Origin: Spirochaetota bacterium
Lineage (GTDB): Bacteria; Spirochaetota; Spirochaetia; Treponematales; UBA12059
Assembly (NCBI GenBank): GCA_018262985.1
Contig: JADFDI010000009.1
Span: 11,947-75,946, forward strand
Direction: 5' to 3'
Length of the DNA: 64,000 nucleotides
The notes under the pieces were generated by a model. That model was not told the origin of the DNA. It searched no databases and saw only the letters and a program-made list of their open reading frames with translations. Position numbers and translations under genes: made by a program. This document shows, in pieces, positions 55,905 through 64,000 of this stretch (within the stretch, counting starts at the first letter, position 1; each line of letters begins with the position of its first letter).

Positions 55905-57632
55905 ATGGGTCCGGATCCGGGCAAGGCCGAGACGACGGGGCGGACGCTCCGGGGAGAAATCCAGTTCCTCGCCGTGGCCGTCCCGACGGTCATCCTGGCC
56001 CTCGTCGCGCTCGCCTTCATCGCCATCGTCTCCGCCTCCATGGCCCGCGAGCTCGAGTCCGACGCGGCCAAGGCCGCCGACGAGACGCGCGATCTGCTGG
56101 TCGACCCGCTCTACCGCATCGACAAGGCCCAGGCCCGCGCCATCGGCGAGGCCTTGCTGTCCTCCGGGCGCATCGACGGCATCCGCGTCGAATCGCCCGT
56201 GTCCGGCGTCGTCCTCGACGCGGCGCCGTCCGATCCTTCGACCATCGAGGCGCTCGAGCGCCGCATCGAGCGCGACGGCATCCCGGTCGGAACCGTCACG
56301 CTCCATTTCTCCGACCGGCGGCTCGAGGAAACCCGCAGGCTGCTCGCCGGGCTCGGCGTGGCCGTCATCCTGAGCGCCAGCCTGGCGAACGCGATCGCCC
56401 TCTCGGCGATTCTGGCCCGCCAGATCGGCAGGACCCTCCGGGGACTCGCCTCCGGCGTCGACGCCATCGCGCGCGGTGACTACGAGCGGCCCGTGCCCCT
56501 GACCCGCTACCCGGACGTCAACCAGATCGTCGCCCTCCTCAACGACATGGCTGGACGCGTCCAGGCCAAGAACCGCGAGCTCGTGCACGCCAACGCCACG
56601 CTCGAGACGCGCGTGGCCGAGCGCGCCTCCGAGCTCAACGACTCCCTCTCGGAGCTGAAGCGGACCCAGCGCCTGCTCGTCGAATCGGAGAAGCTCTCCG
56701 CGCTCGGCCACCTGTCCGCCGGCGTCGCGCACGAGCTCAACACCCCGCTCGGAGCCATCGTCTCGGCCCTCGGCTCGATTCGCTCCTATTTCGGAAACCA
56801 GGCGCTCGAGCTCGTCCGCTACCGCGCCGCGCTCGCTCCGGAGGCCGCGGCCCTGTTCGACGCGGCGCTCGAGGCCGGGCTTTCCGGCGAGGCGGCACCG
56901 CTCGGCGGGATCGGCGCGCGGGGCGAGCTCAAGCGACTCAAGGCCGCGCTCGCGGAGCTCGGCCTCGAGGACGGCGCCAGAATCGCGCCCAGCCTCCATG
57001 AGCTGGGCGGCATGACCGGCCTCGACCGCTTCAAGGACCTGCTCGGGACGCCCGGCGCCGCTGAAATTCTCGAGACGGTCCTGCGGCCGGTCAACGCGCG
57101 GCGCATGGCGGAGGTGGCCGCGCTGGCCGCCCAGAAGGCGTCGGAAGTGGTGGCGGCGCTCAAGCCCTTCCTCGACGACGGCGCGCGGCCCGAGCTCGGT
57201 CCCGTCGACGTCGCGAAGAGCGTCGAGGAAGCCCTGTCGCTCATGAGCGAGTTCGCCCTGTCCAAGGTCCGCGTCACGCGCGACTTCGCCGGCGTTTTCG
57301 CGCGCGGCAAGCGCGAGGACCTGACGCGGATCTGGTACAACCTGATCCGGAACGCGGTGCAGGCCATGGATTACCAGGGCGAGCTCGGCCTTTCCGCGCG
57401 CGTCGAGGACGGCATGGCGGTAGCGCGCGTCCGCGACGACGGTCCCGGCATCCCCGACGATATCCGCGACCGCGTGTTCGATCCGTTCTTCACCACCAAG
57501 ACCGGCGGCGAAGGCCTCGGCCTCGGCCTCATGGTCGCGCGGCGCCTCGCCGAGGGTTTCGGGGGGAGCGTCGACTTCGAGTCGAGGCCCGGCTTCACCG
57601 AGTTCACGGTCCGCCTTCCCGTCTGGAATTGA
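55905..57632 (+). CDS. Membrane HAMP sensor histidine kinase (NtrB-like core)
   Basis: Two TM segments, HAMP, AHELNTP, NLIRNA, DDGPG, FFTTK and GLGL. Confidence 0.9.
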   Translation: MGPDPGKAETTGRTLRGEIQFLAVAVPTVILALVALAFIAIVSASMARELESDAAKAADETRDLLVDPLYRIDKAQARAIGEALLSSGRIDGIRVESPVSGVVLDAAPSDPSTIEALERRIERDGIPVGTVTLHFSDRRLEETRRLLAGLGVAVILSASLANAIALSAILARQIGRTLRGLASGVDAIARGDYERPVPLTRYPDVNQIVALLNDMAGRVQAKNRELVHANATLETRVAERASELNDSLSELKRTQRLLVESEKLSALGHLSAGVAHELNTPLGAIVSALGSIRSYFGNQALELVRYRAALAPEAAALFDAALEAGLSGEAAPLGGIGARGELKRLKAALAELGLEDGARIAPSLHELGGMTGLDRFKDLLGTPGAAEILETVLRPVNARRMAEVAALAAQKASEVVAALKPFLDDGARPELGPVDVAKSVEEALSLMSEFALSKVRVTRDFAGVFARGKREDLTRIWYNLIRNAVQAMDYQGELGLSARVEDGMAVARVRDDGPGIPDDIRDRVFDPFFTTKTGGEGLGLGLMVARRLAEGFGGSVDFESRPGFTEFTVRLPVWN

Positions 57633-57679
57633 GCCTCCGGCGCAACCATCTGGCCGCGCGCGCGGTATATTCCGGGTAT

Positions 57680-59503
57680 ATGAGCGCCACGTTCAACAAA
57701 AGGGGCCGCCGCCCCGCGCGCGCGCCGCGCGCCGCTTCCCTCGTCGCCTTTTTTCTCGTCGCCCTTGCCGCCCTCGGCTCCTGCGGCCAGCCGGACCCGG
57801 TCGACGAGACCGTCTACCCGGTGTCCACGTCGTTCGACGCCGCGGACGAGTCCGCCTGGACCGCGGCCGGCCCTTCGGTGCGCTTCCGCACACACGCCCC
57901 CGACGACCGCAACGAGGAGGTGTCGTTCACCGCGAGCGGCCTCGTCGCCGGACAGGCCTTCCTCGTCGTCACCAACGCCGACCCGGGCGCCTCCTTCGCG
58001 CTTTCCGGCACCCTGGCCAACGCCGCGCCCGAAGCGCGGACGGCTCTCGACGCTTCCGCGACCGCGGACTCCGCCGCGCGCTACCTCCGCGACATCCCGG
58101 CGGTCAGCGCCTTCAACGCGGACCCGTGGGCGTTCGTCGAAGCTGACGCGGACACGAGCAGGGCCATTGTTACATCCGAGCCTGCATTCAGTACATCCGC
58201 TGTGGGAGACCCAGAGGAGTTCACCTATCTGATAGTCAACTTCGTAGGCGAACTGGAGACCGTGACGGCATCTGCTACATGCATGGCTTACGACACTGAT
58301 ACCGATACTGGCATCAGCGCCGCGATATGGGTGCTTGATAGCCTCCTGGCCGACAGCACAATAAGCCAAACAATGATTGATGCGGTACTCTCGAAATTCC
58401 TTGTTGACGGACCCGACAACGATATCCATGACTGGGTATCGAGCGTTTTCGGCGACAGCTACTCGACCCCGGTCGCTGCACGTTCCGATGCGCTCATCAC
58501 CGATGCCGATGTTGTCGATATCCTGATCGCGGACATCGGACAGCAGGATATCGAGAGCGGAATAATCGGATATTTCCATTCGTTGCACAATTATAAGAAG
58601 ACTGTGTTTTCCGATTCGAACGAGAGAGTGATGTTTTTTATCGATGCCCCGATACTGGCTGATCCGTATGGCGGGAAAAACCTGATCTGGGAACCGACCG
58701 ACGACGGTCCCATGGAAATTTGGTCCACGCTGGCGCACGAACTGCAGCACATGATCCACTTCAATGAGAAATACGTGGAACGCGCGTCCGCCCAATCTCC
58801 GACATGGTATGACGAAACGTGTTCTGCCGCGGCCGAGGATTTAGTGTCTTACAAACTTGCGATCAACGGACCCAGAGGCGTTTCATGGGATCGGGCCGAT
58901 GCGGGCGATACGGGAAACCAAAACGGTCTCCTGCCTTATTTCGTATGGTATCCCGAGGATTCCTTGACCTATTGGCCCTCGCCAGAATTTTCCACGCTGC
59001 ATGACTACGGCAGCGCGTACGCGTTCGCCGCATGGCTTGGCAGGAACTACGGTCCCCAGGTCTTCCAGGGAATGGTGCAGAGTTACGACACCGGGTTCCA
59101 GGCGCTTGAAAGTGCGATTGCCTACCTGGGGCATGTGAAGCCGGACGAGTCGACCCTATTGCGGGACTGGGCAGTAGCGTGTATCGGCTCGACCTTCGAT
59201 CCTGTGGCTTACCCAATGGAAATTCCATATCGCTTCAATTCAGGGACATGGTTTACGGGTACGGTGGGATCAACCACATACCAGGTAGGCTCGATTGGTC
59301 TGGATCGTTATCGCCAAAAAGAGGACGGAGCCACGACCGTAATTTTCGGAACAGGGCTGAAGATCCTGGGCGATGTTCCATCCTCGGGCTCCATCGCCCC
59401 CGCCGCCAACCTGTACATCGAACTGCCGGTCGTGGACGGGACGGCGAGCGGGACGCTCACCCTCTACCGGGGCATGTCCATGACGGTGGTGGTGACCGAT
59501 TGA
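57680..59503 (+). CDS. M30 (hyicolysin)-like zinc metalloprotease lipoprotein
   Basis: Lipobox LGSC; IIGYF, STLAHELQHMIH, TWYDE...AED. Confidence 0.8.
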   Translation: MSATFNKRGRRPARAPRAASLVAFFLVALAALGSCGQPDPVDETVYPVSTSFDAADESAWTAAGPSVRFRTHAPDDRNEEVSFTASGLVAGQAFLVVTNADPGASFALSGTLANAAPEARTALDASATADSAARYLRDIPAVSAFNADPWAFVEADADTSRAIVTSEPAFSTSAVGDPEEFTYLIVNFVGELETVTASATCMAYDTDTDTGISAAIWVLDSLLADSTISQTMIDAVLSKFLVDGPDNDIHDWVSSVFGDSYSTPVAARSDALITDADVVDILIADIGQQDIESGIIGYFHSLHNYKKTVFSDSNERVMFFIDAPILADPYGGKNLIWEPTDDGPMEIWSTLAHELQHMIHFNEKYVERASAQSPTWYDETCSAAAEDLVSYKLAINGPRGVSWDRADAGDTGNQNGLLPYFVWYPEDSLTYWPSPEFSTLHDYGSAYAFAAWLGRNYGPQVFQGMVQSYDTGFQALESAIAYLGHVKPDESTLLRDWAVACIGSTFDPVAYPMEIPYRFNSGTWFTGTVGSTTYQVGSIGLDRYRQKEDGATTVIFGTGLKILGDVPSSGSIAPAANLYIELPVVDGTASGTLTLYRGMSMTVVVTD

Positions 59504-59811
59504 CGCGCCCGCATCCTCCGCTCGCGCGCTTCGCCTTCGGATGCCTCGCGGCCGCGCTCGCGCTGCTCGCCCTGGTCCTCCTGGGGGCCTGCGACGCGAC
59601 GTTCGAGGGGACGGTGCTGCGGGTGGGCAACGAGCCGTTCTCCATGCTCGTGCTCAGGCTCGACGACGGGCGGGACCTCGCGCTCGAGGGACCGCTCCTC
59701 GCGGAGCTCGAGCGCTTGCAGAACCGCCGCGCGCGGCTCGCGGGCGAGCTCGTCGAAGGCGGCCCCCCCGGCGCCGCCGCCCGCCTCGTGGTCGGCCGCA
59801 TAGTCGAATAA
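59500..59811 (+). CDS. Small hypothetical lipoprotein
   Basis: TTGA-coupled; lipobox LGAC; VGNEPF motif. Confidence 0.65.
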   Translation: MTRPHPPLARFAFGCLAAALALLALVLLGACDATFEGTVLRVGNEPFSMLVLRLDDGRDLALEGPLLAELERLQNRRARLAGELVEGGPPGAAARLVVGRIVE

Positions 59812-59812
59812 C

Positions 59813-59840
59813 AACCGCGGAGACGCCGTCTCCGCGGTTT
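59813..59840. terminator. Hairpin between convergent genes
   Basis: AACCGCGGAGAC-GCC-GTCTCCGCGGTT. Confidence 0.75.
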
Positions 59841-59862
59841 CTTCGTCGCGGATCGTCTTCCT

Positions 59863-61242
59863 CTAGAAGCTGCCCGAGCCGACGGTGATGGAGAGCGACG
59901 CCGACGCCGAGGGCTTGCCGGGACCGGTAGGACCCATGGTGAACTCGTCACCCTCCTCGCCGAAGGTGAAGCGCGCCGAGAGGCTGGCGGACAGGTAGTC
60001 GAAGAAGCGGTACGAAAGCTGCGGCAGCGCGAAGCCCGAGAGGTCCGAGAGGTTCGCCATCGCGGTGATCGAGGCCGAGAGGTCCTCCGCGCCGAAGAGC
60101 TCGCCGAGCGAGACCGAGGCCGCCGCGTAGTGCCGCGACCAGCGGAGCGAGTCGAGGGCAAAGAGCGATTCGTCAGGAAAGGTGCCTAGTTCTACGAAAG
60201 CGGTCTGAGCTCCGTAATGCGCGAACGCCTCGGCGACCGTCGCCTCGGTCTGCGCCTCGCCGTTCCACAGGTACTGCGCCATCACCGTCAGGTTCGACTC
60301 CTGGTTCAGGTAGCTGGCGCCGAGCGTCGCGGTGGCGAAGAAGCGGTCCGGGTACTCCACGGCCTCGAATTCCAGGCCGGGAAACGCGACCGCGCGCGGT
60401 TCGAGGAAGGTGCGCTCGGAGCCGTACTTGAGCTGGGCCTCGCCGAAGACGTTGAGGTCCCAGAGCCCCGAGTTGAGCATGAGGAAGGCCGAGGGCGGGG
60501 CGTCGTACTTGTACGCGGCGGCGAGCGCGAGCTCGGTGTCGCCGAAGAAGTGCTTGGCCTTCGCGGCGTACATGATGTCCTCCGGCTTTTCGGCGCCCTT
60601 CGGGAACACCGTCCAGAGCGCGACGCTCGAGAGGGTGCGCGGTATCGGCCAGAGCGCGGTGAAGGCGAGCGGTCCCTCGCGCTCGGCGTCCGGATCCGAC
60701 ACGTCGATCTCCGAGAGCGACACGAGGTCGTCGGCCGGCTGGAAGAAGCGCCCGACGCCGAGGCGCAAGGGCTGCTTGCCGAAGCTGAAGAAGAGCGCGT
60801 CGTCCCGGCTGAAATTCGCGTAGAGCGCGTAGACGGAGATGTTCGGAATCGTCGGCTCCCCGGGCGCCGCGTCGAGGGCGAAGGGATACGCGAGGTCGAG
60901 GGCCGCGTAGTAGCCCCAGTCGGATTCGGGTTTGGCCTGGAGCGTCAAGCGGCTCGAAAGGGCGGGGCTCATGGCGTAGTCGTCGTACATCGCCGACTCG
61001 AAGGCCCAGGGATCGAGCCAGGTCCACGAGAAGCCGAGCGAACCGGAGAGCCGGCCCGAGACGCGCGGGGCGTCCCACTCCAGGAACTCGGAGCGGTCGA
61101 TCTCGGCCGCGTCGGCGGCCTCCTCGACCGTCTCCGGGGCGCCGAACAGGTCGTCGTCCGAAAGATCCTGAGCCGCGAGCGGCGAAACCAGGACCGCGAA
61201 AGCCACCGCGAAAATGAAACCGTACAGCGCGAAACGCTTCAT
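59863..61242 (-). CDS. Putative outer-membrane beta-barrel protein
   Basis: Signal peptide, GKQ..GVG motif, amphipathic strands, terminal Phe. Confidence 0.72.
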   Translation of the reverse strand: MKRFALYGFIFAVAFAVLVSPLAAQDLSDDDLFGAPETVEEAADAAEIDRSEFLEWDAPRVSGRLSGSLGFSWTWLDPWAFESAMYDDYAMSPALSSRLTLQAKPESDWGYYAALDLAYPFALDAAPGEPTIPNISVYALYANFSRDDALFFSFGKQPLRLGVGRFFQPADDLVSLSEIDVSDPDAEREGPLAFTALWPIPRTLSSVALWTVFPKGAEKPEDIMYAAKAKHFFGDTELALAAAYKYDAPPSAFLMLNSGLWDLNVFGEAQLKYGSERTFLEPRAVAFPGLEFEAVEYPDRFFATATLGASYLNQESNLTVMAQYLWNGEAQTEATVAEAFAHYGAQTAFVELGTFPDESLFALDSLRWSRHYAAASVSLGELFGAEDLSASITAMANLSDLSGFALPQLSYRFFDYLSASLSARFTFGEEGDEFTMGPTGPGKPSASASLSITVGSGSF

Positions 61243-61259
61243 GGTTACCTCGTTCGATT

Positions 61260-62000
61260 CTACCGGGCGCGCTTGAGGAAGGCCTCGGTGAAGGTGTCGT
61301 CGGCGAGTTTTCCGACGGCCACGTCCGAGAGGGTCAGCTGGCTCTTCTCGCCCGTGTTGATCTCGTCGACGATCAGGATGCGCGAGGGTATCTGCTTGCC
61401 GCCCGCGCTGATGTAGCTCGGCGGGAAGCTGACCGTGCGCATGAGCCGGCCGGAGACGGAGAAGTCCTCCTCCTTGAGCACGAGCGGCTTGTCCTTGCGG
61501 ACGTAGAGGCGGACGCGCTGCCAGCTGACCTCCGAGTCCTTCGACACCAGCTCGAGGATCCACACGTCGTAGGCGCCGAGCTTGCCCTCGGAGCTTTTCT
61601 CGATGTCGTAGTCGTCGGCGTAGCTCATGCGCGAGAGGTCGGAGTTGCGCGCCTCCGAGTCCTGCACGCTTTCCTTGATTGTGCTCTTGGCGAACTCCCC
61701 CGACTCGGGGTCGTAGAACCAGACGTTGTCGTCCACCTTGAGGTAGCCCTGGCCCTTCTGGCGCTCGGGCTTGAGGAAGAGGAAGACGAATTGGTCGCGC
61801 TCGTCGCGGCGGTAGACGCGGACCTGGACGGTCTCGGGCTTCTGGCCCGGCTTCTCCGAGACGATGGTGTAGGTGGCCGTGAAGTCCTGGCCGCCGAAGT
61901 CGCCGAGCGAGTCGATCTCGCGCAGCATGGCCTTGAAATCCTGGGCGCCCGCCATCGCCACCGAGAGCGCCGCCAGGACCGATATCATCGCGCGTTTCAT
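61260..62000 (-). CDS. LolA-like outer-membrane lipoprotein-sorting protein (TP0789-like)
   Basis: Signal peptide; PERQKGQGYLK..NVWFY and FTEAFL motifs. Confidence 0.82.
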   Translation of the reverse strand: MKRAMISVLAALSVAMAGAQDFKAMLREIDSLGDFGGQDFTATYTIVSEKPGQKPETVQVRVYRRDERDQFVFLFLKPERQKGQGYLKVDDNVWFYDPESGEFAKSTIKESVQDSEARNSDLSRMSYADDYDIEKSSEGKLGAYDVWILELVSKDSEVSWQRVRLYVRKDKPLVLKEEDFSVSGRLMRTVSFPPSYISAGGKQIPSRILIVDEINTGEKSQLTLSDVAVGKLADDTFTEAFLKRAR

Positions 62001-62016
62001 GGAACCTCCAAAAGTG

Positions 62017-63327
62017 TCAGACGGCCGTGCGGAGGGCGACGGCGGGGTCGAGCTTCGCGGCGCTCCGCGCCGGGAAGAAGGCGGCGGCCAGGGTCAGGAA
62101 GGCCACGATGGCCACCTTTCCCGCGACGCGCGCCCAGTCGAGGCGGAAGCTCATGTGCCCGTTCCTGAGGATGAGGAAGAGCGGGCTGTCGAGCCCGAAG
62201 TCGATGAGTCCCACGCCGAGCATCACGAGCGACGCGACGGCGAGTCCCGCCACGGCGCCGCCGAGCGCGAGGAACAGCGCCTCGTAGAGGAAGAGCCCGC
62301 GCACCTGGCCGCGCTGCATGCCCACCGCCCGCATGGTGCCGATCTCGCGGATGCGCTCGTACATGATGATGCGGAAGGTGTTGGTGATGCCCACCATGAT
62401 GATGAGGAAGAGCACCAGGAGGATGACGAGGCTGGCGACGTCGAGCACGTCGACGATCTGCTGCACCTGGGCCAGCGCGTCGTTCAGCGTGGTGACGCGG
62501 TATTTCACGCCGGTCCAGGTCTCCTCGTCCTCGCCGCGCATCATGGCCAGGACGGGGTTCCCGCCCTCGGCGCCGGGCGCCTTGCGCTCGAAGGCCTGGA
62601 GCCGGCTCGACACCTCGGCGTGCAGGCGGTCGCCGGCCTCGTCCATGCCCTTGAGCGAGGGCAGGTAGAACGAGAGGGCCTGGTACTCGTCCGGCGCCAG
62701 GTCGAGGAGCTCGTTGACGTAGTCGCGCCCGGCGTAGGCCGAGACCGAGCCGAGTATGCCCGGATCCTTGATGACGGCGGCCACGGCGAATTCGCCGACG
62801 TTCTGCTGGCCGGAATAGGTGCGCGTCGTCACGAGCAGGCGGTCGCCGATCTCGACGCCGAGCTTGTCGGCGATGGGTTCGGGAAGGACGATGCCGTCGC
62901 GGGGCAGGTCATCGAGGCTGCCCGAGGCGAGCGCGAGCCGCTCGGCCAGGAAGGTCTCTGCCTCGAAGTCCACGCCCTGCACCGCGAGGGTCGCGGTGCG
63001 GCCGGCGAATTTGAGCGAGCCCTGGAGTCCCGAGCGCCGCGAGACGTATTTCGCCTCGATGCCCGCGGCTTCGGCGGCTTCGCGGAGCGCGGCGTCGTCG
63101 CGGATGATCTCGAGGTCGCGCCCCTTGGGGCTCTTCTCGACGCCCTCCACGAAGACGTGGCCCGCGAGCAGGTTGGAGAAATTCTCCGAGACGTTGTCGA
63201 CGAAGGCGCCGGCGAAGCCGTCGATCAGGGTGACGATCATGATGCCGAAGGCGATGGCGCCTCCGAGCAGGAAGGAGCGCCGCTTCTGGCGGCTCAGGTT
63301 GCGGAAGGCGAGCATGGCGGTCTGCAT
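62017..63327 (-). CDS. LolE/FtsX-like ABC permease
   Basis: AFRNLSRQKRR, ERIREIGTMRAVG and DPAVALR motifs. Confidence 0.9.
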   Translation of the reverse strand: MQTAMLAFRNLSRQKRRSFLLGGAIAFGIMIVTLIDGFAGAFVDNVSENFSNLLAGHVFVEGVEKSPKGRDLEIIRDDAALREAAEAAGIEAKYVSRRSGLQGSLKFAGRTATLAVQGVDFEAETFLAERLALASGSLDDLPRDGIVLPEPIADKLGVEIGDRLLVTTRTYSGQQNVGEFAVAAVIKDPGILGSVSAYAGRDYVNELLDLAPDEYQALSFYLPSLKGMDEAGDRLHAEVSSRLQAFERKAPGAEGGNPVLAMMRGEDEETWTGVKYRVTTLNDALAQVQQIVDVLDVASLVILLVLFLIIMVGITNTFRIIMYERIREIGTMRAVGMQRGQVRGLFLYEALFLALGGAVAGLAVASLVMLGVGLIDFGLDSPLFLILRNGHMSFRLDWARVAGKVAIVAFLTLAAAFFPARSAAKLDPAVALRTAV

Positions 63328-63337
63328 GGCGGCCTCC

Positions 63338-64000
63338 TCACTCGGCCTGCATCGCGCGGACCGGCTGGACGCGGAGCGCGAGCTGCACGGGATACACGTG
63401 GGCGACCACGGAGACCGCGGTGACCATGACCAGGGACCAGAGGACCGACATCGGGTTCACCGCGGGCCTCAAGACCTTGCCGGCGAAGAGGATCTCGAGG
63501 AAGGCGTTGCCCGCCTCGATGTTCAGCGCCGAGAGCAGCCCCAGTATGCCGAAGGCGAGGGCCGTGCCGACGAGGCCGAACACGGCGGCGATGACGACGG
63601 TCTCCACCAGGAACATCTTTCGCACGAAGCCCTTCTGCGCGCCGAGGGCCCGCATGGTGCCGATCTCTCCGGTGCGTTCGATGACCGAGATGACCAGGGT
63701 GTTGGTCATGATGATGACGGCCACGACGGCCACGATGATGATGGCGAAATTGAAGACGATGCGGACCACGTCGACGCTCTGGGCGAAGGGGCCCGCGGCG
63801 GCCTTCCAGCCCTCCGCGACGACCGGGAGGCCTTCTTCGGCGAAGCGCTGGTTGAGCTCCTTCACGACGCGCTCCGCCTGGCCCGGGCGCTCGAGGCGCG
63901 CCAGCAGGAAGTGCCAGGCGCCCGAATCGACCACGGTGGCCGGGGCGGCCGCGGCGGGAACGCTTTCGGCCTCGGGGACGGGCTCCGGCGCGGCCGCGAC
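63338..64000 (-). CDS. LolE/FtsX-like ABC permease, 3' part (starts beyond the window)
   Basis: ERTGEIGTMRALG and QPVRAM motifs. Confidence 0.88.
   Translation of the reverse strand, partial: VAAAPEPVPEAESVPAAAAPATVVDSGAWHFLLARLERPGQAERVVKELNQRFAEEGLPVVAEGWKAAAGPFAQSVDVVRIVFNFAIIIVAVVAVIIMTNTLVISVIERTGEIGTMRALGAQKGFVRKMFLVETVVIAAVFGLVGTALAFGILGLLSALNIEAGNAFLEILFAGKVLRPAVNPMSVLWSLVMVTAVSVVAHVYPVQLALRVQPVRAMQAE

Overview
High-GC bacterial chromosome segment, probably a free-living spirochaete (inferred from the Borrelia-like mevalonate genes and a TP0789-like LolA-fold gene). Bases 1-8488 are the right part of a more AT-rich integrative element. It ends in a displaced 3' half of tRNA-Asn(GTT) (attR) next to 10-bp arm-type repeats. 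Its cargo is a PGN_0703-like nuclease, an RloA/RloB (AbiL-like) pair, three gene relics, and a split-ChrB/ChrF-MFS-YncE-DsrE operon with no chrA. The core region holds: mobA plus an NAD-linked formate dehydrogenase; a LuxR regulator, FemX-like transferase and Orn/Lys/Arg decarboxylase; a merged mevalonate-carotenoid supercluster; MATE and META genes with a 34-bp tandem repeat between them; a GntR regulon (TAXI-TRAP, ThDP enzyme, aminotransferase) with asd-ask and a LeuA-like synthase; pepD; two histidine kinases; a pantothenate ECF/coaX operon with a structured leader; an orphan oadB/oadG-like pair; an M30-like protease with a swapped foreign core; and a LolE/LolA-like/beta-barrel operon. Several core genes appear leaderless. 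All calls come from manual motif reading; no database search was run.
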